Below the pieces are notes generated by a model that had not been told where the DNA came from, ran no database searches, and worked only from the letters and a program-made list of their open reading frames with translations. DNA of 64,000 bases, taken from positions 3,616,001-3,680,000 of the forward strand of contig CP166615.1 in NCBI GenBank assembly GCA_041937175.2, given 5' to 3'. Every line of letters begins with the position of its first letter. Within the stretch, counting starts at the first letter, position 1. Made by a program: the position numbers and the translations under genes. This DNA is from Limnothrix sp. BL-A-16. GTDB taxonomy: Bacteria; Cyanobacteriota; Cyanobacteriia; CACIAM-69d. This document shows positions 10,966 through 20,638 of this stretch, piece by piece.

Positions 10966-11010
10966 TGCAATAGCGCTGTATAGAAGCCAAGACAACTGAG
11001 GTGATGATTA

Positions 11011-11349
11011 ATGACTACACGGCAACTCGACCCTAAACTGCAATCTCGATTAGGCATTACCCCAAAGCAGCTTGCTGACTTTTGCCAACGATGGAAAGTT
11101 GTTGAACTCGCGCTCTTTGGCTCGGTTCTCAGAGATGATTTTTCCGTGAATAGCGATGTGGATTTTTTGGTCAAATTTAGCCCTCATCATTCTTGGGGTT
11201 TAGAATTTATTCAAATGCGAGAAGAATTGGCAGTGCTCTTGCAACGCCCAGTGGATTTATTGACTCATCAAAGCGTTATGAATAGTCATAATACCCTCCG
11301 TCGTCAGGCTATTTTAGATTCGGCAGAGGTCATTTATGCAGCGAGATAA
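11011..11349 (+). CDS. MNT (minimal nucleotidyltransferase) antitoxin
   Basis: FGSVLRDDF..SDVD and VDL motifs. Confidence 0.88.
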   Translation: MTTRQLDPKLQSRLGITPKQLADFCQRWKVVELALFGSVLRDDFSVNSDVDFLVKFSPHHSWGLEFIQMREELAVLLQRPVDLLTHQSVMNSHNTLRRQAILDSAEVIYAAR

Positions 11350-11677
11350 GCAGACATTAATAGATATTTCTACAGCGATTCAGCAAGCATTGCTGTATTC
11401 TCAAGGGATTGATCAAGATAGTTTGAAGCAAGATGACGAGAAGCAAGCTGCTATTTTATATCGACTCATTATCATTGGAGAAGCGACTAAACGTCTATCT
11501 AATGAATTTCGTGATCAATATCCAATGATTCCTTGGCGGCAAATGGCTGGCTTGAGAGATGTTGTGATCCATGATTACGATGAATTAGACTTTGATATTC
11601 TCTGGAACGTAGTTCACCTCAACTTGCCTGATATGCTGCCCAAAATTCAAGCAATTCTAGAAAGTTATGACAGCTAG
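11336..11677 (+). CDS. HEPN (DUF86/HepT-like) ribonuclease toxin
   Basis: IIGEA, IPWRQMAGL, RDVVIHDY (RX4HXY); overlaps the MNT gene. Confidence 0.9.
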   Translation: MQRDKQTLIDISTAIQQALLYSQGIDQDSLKQDDEKQAAILYRLIIIGEATKRLSNEFRDQYPMIPWRQMAGLRDVVIHDYDELDFDILWNVVHLNLPDMLPKIQAILESYDS

Positions 11678-12011
11678 GGCGATCGCGCTACCTATCGAAC
11701 TACCCATGGAGAAGGTCACTGAGTTTTGTCACAAGTGGCAAGTAACAGAGTTTGCCCTTTTCGGCTCTGTCCTTCGCGACGATTTTCGCCCCGACAGCGA
11801 CATCGATATTATGGTGGAGTTTGATCCAGCGGCCTGCCCCACTTTCAGCACCTTAGACCGTATGGAAGCGGAGCTGAACATTATTTTTGGTCGCGATATT
11901 GATCTAATTACCCGCCAAGGGATTGCCAGCAGTCGAAACTATCTACGCCGCCACGAAATCCTGTCTTCTGCCCAGGTGATTTATGCCACGGGATCTTCAA
12001 TTCCTGCTTGA
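11667..12011 (+). CDS. MNT antitoxin, second copy
   Basis: FGSVLRDDFRPDSDID motif. Confidence 0.88.
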   Translation: MTARAIALPIELPMEKVTEFCHKWQVTEFALFGSVLRDDFRPDSDIDIMVEFDPAACPTFSTLDRMEAELNIIFGRDIDLITRQGIASSRNYLRRHEILSSAQVIYATGSSIPA

Positions 12012-12306
12012 CATGTTGCAATCCGCAGAGCTGATCTTGACCTACACTGCTCAATGCTCGAAGGATGAATTTATTGCAAATGTACAACTGCAAGATTCAG
12101 TGATTCGGCGGCTATTGGTGATTGCTGAGGCTGCAAGACGGATTTCCAAAAATACTTGGCAGTCGTTACCGAATATCTCTTGGCAAGAAATTCATGGAAT
12201 GCGAAATTGGTTAGTGCATGACAGCGATCAATCTGCATTATCTCCTGATCGTGACCTCGTCTTGCTCAAGATAGCAGCTAGTGATCGCAGTACAAAACCC
12301 TACTGA
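11983..12306 (+). pseudogene. HEPN (DUF86) toxin, C-terminally disrupted
   Basis: Normal HEPN up to GMRNWLVHD (about 12222), then unrelated sequence replaces the Y..D.DIVW helix. Confidence 0.65.
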
Positions 12307-12415
12307 GAGAAGTTATCTTACTATTTATGGTTTCATGCACAAACATGTGCATAATCATACCAAACAAGTAATTATCATAAGAATGATTGATTTTGTCTTT
12401 CTGAAGTTGTTAGGC

Positions 12416-12970
12416 TCACCGTATTGATTTTTCCCACCAACCTAACAAAGGATGATTCCTGTGTGGTTTGTATCTTCCTTTAGCTCGTATAGACTTAAGC
12501 ACAGCACATAATTCATCCAGACTAAGATTGTCTTTGTCTGACCAAGCTTTAATTATTTCTAAAGTTGATAGAACTTGTAAATGATTCGCTTCCTTTTGAG
12601 AGAATGAAATTGCTTTTTTGTCATCAGTAGCAATTGCCCATCCTCGACTAATCGCAATGGCACAAGTTGCAGATTCTCCATCATCACCTAGCTCAAAAGT
12701 GTAGTTTACAAATGCCTCTTCCTCAGACTCCGACTCAAAATCTACTACTGAAAGAAGTCCCTGTGCGATAGCTGTTTCAAACTGAACTGCACCTTCATTA
12801 TTCTCATTTGTAAGGCGTTGAAGAGTTATAAGTTCCTTGTTTTTCACAACTTCAGTAACTACAACTTGAGCAGGTATAGATTTCAAAATTTCAATGAAAT
12901 ACTCCGAAGCGCAAAAGTTCAGGATGCAACAAGCGTCAAGAACTATATGGGAGTGTCTAATTTGCATCAT
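12416..12970 (-). CDS. PIN-domain nuclease
   Basis: IVLDAC, LGDDGESATCAIA and IATDDKKA acidic PIN motifs; RBS AGGGAGA upstream of 12970. Confidence 0.8.
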   Translation of the reverse strand: MMQIRHSHIVLDACCILNFCASEYFIEILKSIPAQVVVTEVVKNKELITLQRLTNENNEGAVQFETAIAQGLLSVVDFESESEEEAFVNYTFELGDDGESATCAIAISRGWAIATDDKKAISFSQKEANHLQVLSTLEIIKAWSDKDNLSLDELCAVLKSIRAKGRYKPHRNHPLLGWWEKSIR

Positions 12971-12986
12971 CAATCTCCCTACTTTT

Positions 12987-14180
12987 CTACGCTTGACACA
13001 AGTCCAAGTGAGCAGTCCCCTCCGTAATTTCACTTGAATGCTCACGCAGTTCCTCTGCAATACGTCGAGCATCCAAACGGTCAACATTTAGAAGGTCTGC
13101 AAATCGTCCTTCAGTTATAAGCCCCTGATCTAACGCATCAATAGCAAGATGTTGATAGTGAACAGGGACAGTGTCAGTGCGCTGTGGAATACTTTCTAGA
13201 CCTAGCTCTTGCTGTACTTCTCTCACTTTTAAACCTCGATTTTTTAATCGGTCTCCAGTTCCCGAGGGAATAAGTCTAATACTTTCTAGACGATTAATCA
13301 AAGCCTCAATAGAGACTCCATAATAGTGAGCCAGTGTAAATAAGTTGGTAGGAGTAAACTTGCCATGCGCCTGGTACATATCATTAAAGCGCTTTAACAA
13401 GCCACTAGTTGGCATTAGAAAATAGTTGGGAAAGGCATCTCCCAAGCGCTCACTCTCTGGCTTTCTTTGATATTTTTCCTGGTAGTCAATAACTGGTTTT
13501 CTTCGATGTGCAAGAAAATGCAAATATTCATGAGCTAAAGACCACCGTCGCCGCTCTTCTGGGTGGTTGGAGTTAATGGCTATACACCCACCTAGCTTCT
13601 CGTCATAACTATAAAATCCTGAGTATTTAGACGGCATCTTCAAATAGAAAATGCGGAGTCCTACACTTTGCTCTAAAATATCTCTAAGAAGTGGAACTGG
13701 GCCATCGCCCAATCCCATCCTTTGGCGTTCAGCGATTGCAATACTTTCTGCTGCAGCCTCTATGGGCATCCTGGTCACATCATACTCTTGAGGGTAGTTT
13801 CGAGGAAGCGGAGCATCCACAATCTTCTCAAGCTCTAGATAATTGCGACATAGCTCCTCCAAGCGCTGAATAATTGGGGCAATTTGTACCTCTTCTTGTT
13901 CACTACGTTGATAAGCAGCACGAAACTGAACACTGAGAGGCTCAATGACAGGGCTAGGGCGAACAAAATCACTAATAGGTCGTCCGTAAGCACGAGCTAA
14001 TTTAATCAACTCATTTGGCTTTAGGCGACGTTCTCCTTTCTCAATTGCAACAATGGTAGTACGTGCAGCCTCAATAACCTTGGCCGCATCCGCCTGAGTC
14101 ATTCCACATTTCTTACGTGCTTGTTGCAGCAGCTCTCCTAGCTGACGCAAATCAATATTACCTAGAATATTAGTAGCCAT
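12987..14180 (-). CDS. XRE HTH fused to an ImmA/IrrE metallopeptidase
   Basis: ARKKCGMTQADAA..IEKGER HTH; RRRWSLAHEYLH (HExxH); GGAGGA RBS before ATG at 14180. Confidence 0.9.
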   Translation of the reverse strand: MATNILGNIDLRQLGELLQQARKKCGMTQADAAKVIEAARTTIVAIEKGERRLKPNELIKLARAYGRPISDFVRPSPVIEPLSVQFRAAYQRSEQEEVQIAPIIQRLEELCRNYLELEKIVDAPLPRNYPQEYDVTRMPIEAAAESIAIAERQRMGLGDGPVPLLRDILEQSVGLRIFYLKMPSKYSGFYSYDEKLGGCIAINSNHPEERRRWSLAHEYLHFLAHRRKPVIDYQEKYQRKPESERLGDAFPNYFLMPTSGLLKRFNDMYQAHGKFTPTNLFTLAHYYGVSIEALINRLESIRLIPSGTGDRLKNRGLKVREVQQELGLESIPQRTDTVPVHYQHLAIDALDQGLITEGRFADLLNVDRLDARRIAEELREHSSEITEGTAHLDLCQA

Positions 14181-14224
14181 AGCGTTTTCTCCTCCAGCCT
14201 TATTAAACAATGACCAGATGATTA

Positions 14225-15628
14225 TTAAAATGGCTGCTGATCATTTACTTCATTCAAGAGCAACGAGATACGGGATTCTACAACATTCCATTCGGTAACA
14301 TAAGATTGATAGAGACGAATCAAATTTTTCCGCATGTCGCTATGTAGTAGGACTTCTATCATAGCCATTCGATCCACAATGTCATCTAAATCTGGAAATC
14401 TTCGGGTTAAAGATTTCCATTGAAGATTAAAGTTATCTGAGACACTTAATAAATCTCTGAGAGTAGAAACTTGTGCCAGCATATGTTGAAAATATGAGCT
14501 AGTATCGCCTGCTGGCTTCTTGACATGGGGAACGATATATTGAGTTTTATCTTCTATTCGTGAGGCAGCAAGCGCCTGCCTTCTTAAGATACAAGAAGAA
14601 CAATACCCGCACTGGATGGGTTGCCGTCGATGTGGACTATCGCATGACATCGTTAGCTGCGGCAGGTCGTCCCTTTTATCTTCAGCCAAGGGTATGCACA
14701 TTTCAGCTTTAGTCTGGAAAAGGAAAGGGTTTTGTATTTTGAACTTCTCTCCTAAAAGCTCTGAAATAACGTCACTGACTCTTGACAAGGTTAATGGATG
14801 AACTGATCGAGAATGATCAAGTCCTATGGCAGACTTTCGGTATGGAAGATTGATTGCACCAACACCATTTTCATACAGGTAAAGAATTCGCTGCCCCATT
14901 AAGTATGCACAGGCTGCTCCTAGTAACATAAATACAATGCCTCGTGCGCGCGAAATTTTGCTCTTTCGATGCAAACTACTATCAGAGAAGCGAATTGGAA
15001 CCCGACATAAGTTCAAGCGGCTAGGGAAAGAGAATTGTAGTTCATGGAATACTTGTTTCTGACGAGCAAGGGTACTTTCATTACCACCTGTTCCAAACAG
15101 CATGAACGATGCTTCATTACTGGCTTTAAGTCGGCTGTAAAGACCAGCAAGCGCATCAAGTCCCCCACTCCATAGTGCTACCTCTTCTACATGAGAATTT
15201 GGTGATAATAGAAGGGGTTGACACTCAACAACGCGCCCTGAGTCAAGCCTCTTACAAAAATCGAATACCCATCGACTTCCAGTAGCCCATTCAAGTAGGC
15301 CAGAAAGTTTATCTTGAAAGGAGTTGGTATTCAATAATTCTGGGTGGCGTACTGGGAGACACACACAAATATAGGTCTGTTCTTGTCGGAGGTTTTGAAT
15401 AGTCAGACGATCAGTGGCATGAATAGCGACAGCAAGATCAATAATATCGGCAATGATTGATGGAAATCCTTGTTGTACCCGACACCTAAACTCTCTATCA
15501 TCTATAGTAATTCCTACGTTGCTTTCCTTCCCTTTGGAACGGTTAATGCAACGAACATTCCCATTACTATTCACGATGGGATCAAAAATCAAGGTATAAT
15601 TTTTGCTATACATATCATGCTCATCCAT
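14225..15628 (-). CDS. QueC-family PP-loop enzyme, QatC/Cap9-like (long form)
   Basis: SGGLDA PP-loop; DLAVAIHATDR, YENG, SRSVHP, NPFLFQTKAEM; Zn motif SC..CGYCSSC; 467 aa, about twice housekeeping QueC. Confidence 0.85.
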   Translation of the reverse strand: MDEHDMYSKNYTLIFDPIVNSNGNVRCINRSKGKESNVGITIDDREFRCRVQQGFPSIIADIIDLAVAIHATDRLTIQNLRQEQTYICVCLPVRHPELLNTNSFQDKLSGLLEWATGSRWVFDFCKRLDSGRVVECQPLLLSPNSHVEEVALWSGGLDALAGLYSRLKASNEASFMLFGTGGNESTLARQKQVFHELQFSFPSRLNLCRVPIRFSDSSLHRKSKISRARGIVFMLLGAACAYLMGQRILYLYENGVGAINLPYRKSAIGLDHSRSVHPLTLSRVSDVISELLGEKFKIQNPFLFQTKAEMCIPLAEDKRDDLPQLTMSCDSPHRRQPIQCGYCSSCILRRQALAASRIEDKTQYIVPHVKKPAGDTSSYFQHMLAQVSTLRDLLSVSDNFNLQWKSLTRRFPDLDDIVDRMAMIEVLLHSDMRKNLIRLYQSYVTEWNVVESRISLLLNEVNDQQPF

Positions 15629-15633
15629 AGCAT

Positions 15634-16266
15634 TTAACCTGCCAAGAGATTCTCGTCTAAATCTATCCTTTTATGTGAAAAACGCCTAGGTAGAGACAAG
15701 TTGGCTATACTTTGTTTGTTAATCGCATCTTTAGAAAATTTACTAATGCCATCCCTCAATTTTGGCTCTATTTCCTTAATACGCTCTGAAAGAGTTACTT
15801 GATCAATGCCCGCGTGGTGCTCGAAAGTAAGTGGAATGCACTCCTTAAATTCTGATTCATATACTTCATTTATATAGCGAAAAACTAGTGAAAATGAAAG
15901 GTTATCAATATCCATTTTTTGACCGTATCTCAGATCACAAATAACACTCTTGCCTGCACGAAGGGCAAGCTCCTTAAGATCCGGTCTTCCGTCAGATTGT
16001 TGCACCAACTTATCAAAATTCATACTCAAATCAGCATAGTCTCTTGACCCAAGTTCGTTGCTTGAAGTAAGAGCTTGATCAAGCATGTCTGCCATACTTT
16101 GACAAAGCCTGATAGGAAGATCACCTTTTTGAATTAAGTCTCTTTTAAGAGACTCCAGTAAAGCCCGAGAGCATTCATCGCTAGTTGCATTTCCCTCGCA
16201 AAGCCATTTGTATGGCCGCTGGTAAAGCGTTCTGAGCCGGTTATGAACAATATCTCCATCGGGCAT
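15634..16266 (-). CDS. Hypothetical alpha-helical protein, first gene of the QueC operon
   Basis: 210-aa ORF starting MPDGDIVH; 5-nt gap to the QueC gene; no motif recognised. Confidence 0.75.
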   Translation of the reverse strand: MPDGDIVHNRLRTLYQRPYKWLCEGNATSDECSRALLESLKRDLIQKGDLPIRLCQSMADMLDQALTSSNELGSRDYADLSMNFDKLVQQSDGRPDLKELALRAGKSVICDLRYGQKMDIDNLSFSLVFRYINEVYESEFKECIPLTFEHHAGIDQVTLSERIKEIEPKLRDGISKFSKDAINKQSIANLSLPRRFSHKRIDLDENLLAG

Positions 16267-16634
16267 AGCAGAACCTTTGTTGGTTAGAGTTTGTTTCCAA
16301 TATCAAGGTAGCTCGTGTTTCTGACATTGTCAATTGCTAGCATTGATTTTTAGAAAAAATGTCAGAACTGGGGAGCGTGCAGGGGTCAAAATGGTTTTTG
16401 CGAGAAAAGCCAACTTTAAAATCACTTTTTGGGAAATTTTCATATTCTCACTTGAAGAACAATATGCATAACATATACACTTGGCTCCTGAAAGGCAGTT
16501 TGTTATACGATTGGGGCGGACTGCGGCAGGTGATAGACATTGCTAGATGGCAAAGCGTGGGCTACTGCCGTTAGAAGCTTTTGTCTCTTTTAGGAGACAG
16601 TCCTATCTAGACCCGTTGCTCAATTATTCGACAC

Positions 16635-16663
16635 AAAAGGGGCTGAGCAAATGCTCAGCCCCT
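16635..16663 (-). terminator. Rho-independent terminator of metH
   Basis: Inverted repeat AGGGGCTGAGCA/TGCTCAGCCCCT with an adjacent A-run, just downstream of metH. Confidence 0.8.
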
Positions 16664-16686
16664 GGTCATTTAGATAGGAATTGTGA

Positions 16687-19600
16687 CTACGCTGTGAAGT
16701 ACTTCGCGATCGGGTGGTAGGCAATAATCGCCGTCGTGGACTGCTCTGGATAGAGCTGCTCGCTCTCGTCCATATACATGTTGATTCGATCGGTTTGCAA
16801 CAACTGCAACTGAATCAACTGATCCTGAATATTCGGACAAGCCGGATAGCCAAAGCTATAGCGTGACCCCTGATAGCGTTGCGCCAAAATGTCCCGCAAA
16901 TTGTCCGGCTCCTGCGCACCAAACCCCAACTCCCGCCGGATGCGCGCGTGCGTCCATTCCGCCAGCCCTTCCGCCGTTTGCACCGCCATCCCGTGGAAGT
17001 ACAAATAATCGGAATATTGATTCGCCCCAAACAGCTTTTGGGCATATTCCGTGGCAACTTCGCCCACCGTCACCGCCTGCATTGGAAACACATCAAAGAT
17101 GCCCAACTCCTTCGGTGCAAAGAAATCGGCAATGCAAAGACGACGCAACGATCCTTGGCGCGGAAATTCCAATTGGGCGATCGGCTCTAGGTTGGTTTGC
17201 CCCGCGCTGACCGCTTCCGGATCGTAGATATAGAGCGTATTCCCCTCCGAATTGCAGGGAAAATAGCCATAGATCACTTGCGGTTGCAGCAGGTTTTCCG
17301 CGATCACTTTCGCCTTCCATTCCGCCAAAATCGGCCGCACTTTCGCATCAATAAAGGCATCATAATCGGCGCGCGATTGCTCCTTGGGTTTGCGGAATTG
17401 CCATTGCCCCACAAACAACGCTTGCAAGTCGAGATAGTTGAAAATTTCCTCGATCGCAATGTCCGCCGGGTTCAACAATTGGGTTCCCCAGAACGGCGGT
17501 TGGGGGCGATCGATATTCGGGTCAACCGCTTCCGATCGCCGCGTATCAATCACCTTCGGTTTCTCGGCCTTGGCGGGTTTCTCAGCCCCATCATCACCGT
17601 CGGTCTTAGCTTGGCCATAGCGCCCCAATGCCGCCGGATCATCGGCAAATTCCCCTAAAAAGCCCTCAGAATCGTCCCATTTTTCAGCGGCTTTCGCGGG
17701 CATCAACTTATCCATAAAGCTGAGATCCGAGAAGGCATCTTTGCCATAGATCACCCGACCGCGATAGGTCTTTTGGCAATCCTCATAGACAAATTTCGGC
17801 GTGAGGGCCGCACCGCCCAAAATCACAGGCACGGTGATGCCGCGATCGTTGAAGGTCTCCAGATTTTCCTTCATGAACGCCGTGGATTTCACCAACAAAC
17901 CGCTCATGGCAATGCAATCGGGTTTGTGTTGCTCATAGGCATCAATGATATTTTCCACAGGCTGTTTAATGCCCAGATTAATCACCCGATAGCCATTGTT
18001 GGTGAGGATAATATCCACCAGGTTTTTGCCAATGTCATGCACATCGCCCTTGACCGTAGCGATCACGAAAGTGCCCTTGGCGTTGTTGCTGGTTTCGGAT
18101 TTCTCCATGTGCGGCTCCAAAAAGGCCACCGCCGCTTTCATGGTTTCCGCCGACTGCAACACAAAGGGCAACTGCATTTGACCTGACGCAAACAATTCGC
18201 CCACCACCTTCATCCCATCTAACAGATAGGTGTTGATGATTTCCAGCGGGGGATATTGGGTCATGGCCTGCTGCAAGATTGTTTCGAGGCCCAGCCGTTC
18301 GCCGTCGATAATGTGGCGTTTGAGCTTCTCTTCCAAGGAGAGATTTTCATCCACGCCCGCCGCTTTTTTGGTAGTGGCTCCTTCAAAGAGCTGCGTCAGT
18401 TCAGTTAGGGGATCATAAACACAAACATCCCCCTCAAACCGGCGACGATCGAAGATCAAATCCCGGCAGACTTCCTGATGTGCTGGCTCAATTTTAGCCA
18501 GGGGCAAAATCTTGGCGGCACTGACGATCGAGGAGTCCATTCCCACTTGCATACATTCATGCAGGAACATGGAGTTCAACACCTGCCGCGCCGCCGGATT
18601 CAGACCAAAGGAGATATTGGAAACGCCGAGCAAAATGTGGCAGCCGGGTAGGTTTTCCCGAATCAGTCGAATCGATTCGATCGTGGCGGCTCCGTTTTTG
18701 CGGTCTTCTTCAATCCCGGTGGAAATCGGCAGAGCCAGGGTATCGAAGAAGATTTCATGGGCAGGAATCCCAAACTCCACCGCCTGCCGATAGGCCCGCT
18801 GGGCGATCGCGAATTTCTTCTCGGCGGTGCGGGCCATGCCGTCTTCATCGATCGTCCCGATCACCACCCCAGCGCCGTAGGTTTTCGCCAGTTCCAGCAC
18901 TTTCAAAAAGCGCTCTTCACCATCTTCATAGTTGGTGGAATTTAGCAAACATTTGCCGCCGGCCACTTTCAAACCGGCTTCCATTTTTTGCCATTCCGTG
19001 GAGTCCAACATCAACGGCAAAGTGACATTATTCACCAGCCGCGACACCAGCTCCCGCATATCCCGCTCGCCATCGCGGCCCACATAGTCCACGTTCACAT
19101 CGAGCACATGAGCGCCTTCCCGCACTTGGGCTTTGGCTAGGGAAACCAGCCCATCCCAATCTTCAGCATTCAGCAATTCTCGACATTTTTTGGAACCGCT
19201 GGCGTTCAGGCGCTCACCTACAATCAGGAAGGAATTATCTTGCTGATAAAGCTGGGTTCCATAGATCGAAGCGGCGGCGGGTTCGTAATGCAATGGGTTG
19301 CGATCGAACCGGCCCGGCTCCAGGTTTTCGGGAACGCGAATATCACGGGCTTTTGGTTGTAGAGACTCGGAAATACCGACCAATTCCTTGATGTGATCGG
19401 GGCGCGTCCCGCAGCAGCCGCCCACCACTTGCACGCCCCAATCTTCCACGAATTTATGCATCGCCATCCGCAGTTCCATCGGCGTTAGGCGATAGTGGGC
19501 ATGGCCGCCGACGTTTTCGGGCAGACCCGCGTTGGGAATGCAGGAGACCACAAAGGGCGATCGCTCGCAAAGGTAGCGAATATGTTCCGCCATTCGATCG

Positions 19601-20295
19601 GGGCCGGTGGCACAATTCAGCCCCAAAATATCGATCGGGTAGGGTTCCAAAATCGCCACCACGGCGTTAATATCCGTCCCCACCAACATCGTGCCGGTGG
19701 TTTCCATGGTCACGGAAACCATTAATGGAATCCGCGATCCTTTCTCCGCAAAAACTTCCTCGATCGCATTCAGTGCTGACTTAATTTGCAACACATCCTG
19801 GCAGGTTTCCACAATGAATAAATCTGCCCCCCCATCAAACAGGGCCGCCGCCTGTTCGGCATAGGCCGCTTTCATCGTGTCGTAGTCAATGTGGCCGAGG
19901 GTGGGCAGCTTGGTTCCCGGCCCCATGGAACCGGCCACAAAACGCGGTTTGTCGGGGGTGGAAAACTCGCGGGTCAGCTCTTTGGCCAGCTCCACGGCCT
20001 TGCGGTTGAGTTCATAGGCTTGGTCGGCTAAATCGTATTCCGCCAAGACGATCGACGTTCCCCCAAAGGTGTCGGTTTCGATTACATCTGCGCCCGCTTT
20101 CAGATATTCCCGATGCACATAGGCAACAGCTTCCGGCTTGCTTTGCACCAAATACTCATTACACCCCTCATACTGCGGGCCGCCAAAGTCTTCGGCCGTC
20201 AGGTTTTGCGCCTGGAGGAGCGTCCCCATGCCGCCGTCAAAAACGATCACCGGGCGGGAAGGATGATGCAACCGTTCCAAAAAGGGATGAGTCAT
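16687..20295 (-). CDS. metH: Cobalamin-dependent methionine synthase
   Basis: [26 protein letters not shown]12 motif, [10 protein letters not shown]. Confidence 0.97.
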   Translation of the reverse strand: MTHPFLERLHHPSRPVIVFDGGMGTLLQAQNLTAEDFGGPQYEGCNEYLVQSKPEAVAYVHREYLKAGADVIETDTFGGTSIVLAEYDLADQAYELNRKAVELAKELTREFSTPDKPRFVAGSMGPGTKLPTLGHIDYDTMKAAYAEQAAALFDGGADLFIVETCQDVLQIKSALNAIEEVFAEKGSRIPLMVSVTMETTGTMLVGTDINAVVAILEPYPIDILGLNCATGPDRMAEHIRYLCERSPFVVSCIPNAGLPENVGGHAHYRLTPMELRMAMHKFVEDWGVQVVGGCCGTRPDHIKELVGISESLQPKARDIRVPENLEPGRFDRNPLHYEPAAASIYGTQLYQQDNSFLIVGERLNASGSKKCRELLNAEDWDGLVSLAKAQVREGAHVLDVNVDYVGRDGERDMRELVSRLVNNVTLPLMLDSTEWQKMEAGLKVAGGKCLLNSTNYEDGEERFLKVLELAKTYGAGVVIGTIDEDGMARTAEKKFAIAQRAYRQAVEFGIPAHEIFFDTLALPISTGIEEDRKNGAATIESIRLIRENLPGCHILLGVSNISFGLNPAARQVLNSMFLHECMQVGMDSSIVSAAKILPLAKIEPAHQEVCRDLIFDRRRFEGDVCVYDPLTELTQLFEGATTKKAAGVDENLSLEEKLKRHIIDGERLGLETILQQAMTQYPPLEIINTYLLDGMKVVGELFASGQMQLPFVLQSAETMKAAVAFLEPHMEKSETSNNAKGTFVIATVKGDVHDIGKNLVDIILTNNGYRVINLGIKQPVENIIDAYEQHKPDCIAMSGLLVKSTAFMKENLETFNDRGITVPVILGGAALTPKFVYEDCQKTYRGRVIYGKDAFSDLSFMDKLMPAKAAEKWDDSEGFLGEFADDPAALGRYGQAKTDGDDGAEKPAKAEKPKVIDTRRSEAVDPNIDRPQPPFWGTQLLNPADIAIEEIFNYLDLQALFVGQWQFRKPKEQSRADYDAFIDAKVRPILAEWKAKVIAENLLQPQVIYGYFPCNSEGNTLYIYDPEAVSAGQTNLEPIAQLEFPRQGSLRRLCIADFFAPKELGIFDVFPMQAVTVGEVATEYAQKLFGANQYSDYLYFHGMAVQTAEGLAEWTHARIRRELGFGAQEPDNLRDILAQRYQGSRYSFGYPACPNIQDQLIQLQLLQTDRINMYMDESEQLYPEQSTTAIIAYHPIAKYFTA

Positions 20296-20505
20296 GGTCA
20301 GGGATGGAGCAGCAATTGGAATGCGAATGGGTTGGGGCGTGGCACTGTACTGTTGACCAGCACGGTTGATTAGCCCACGGGGCCAATGTTCCTATTGTGC
20401 CGGATTTGGCCGAGAGGTCTAGGCCCGGCGTGATTTCCACAACCCAGCAGCACCGATCGCCCAGGAAGTCTGAACAGCCCAAACGGCTACCGGGTGGGTT
20501 TGATC

Positions 20506-20605
20506 GATCGACAGAGACAAGGGGCTGAGGGGCGATCGTCAAATCGCCTGAAACCCTGGTTCCACCGTGGCGAGATCGACAGAGACAAGGGGCTTAAGCC
20601 CCTTG
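20506..20605. repeat. REP-like palindrome plus partial MITE copy
   Basis: Direct repeat GATCGACAGAGACAAGGGGCT (20506, 20574); palindrome CAAGGGGCTTAAGCCCCTTG at 20586-20605; core shared with 30621-30651. Confidence 0.8.
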
Positions 20606-20638
20606 CCTAGGGCGGTGAGGGGATGGAAGAACTGTTGA

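Noticed and set aside
14225..15628. Calling this housekeeping queC for queuosine synthesis
   Set aside because: It is twice the usual length, has QatC-type extra motifs, has no queD/E/F neighbours and lies in an island.
12416..16266. Calling the island a canonical QatABCD or type IV CBASS system
   Set aside because: No KAP ATPase, TatD, CD-NTase or TGT gene is present in the window.
20296..20500. Cobalamin or SAM riboswitch upstream of metH
   Set aside because: No recognisable conserved riboswitch core by eye.
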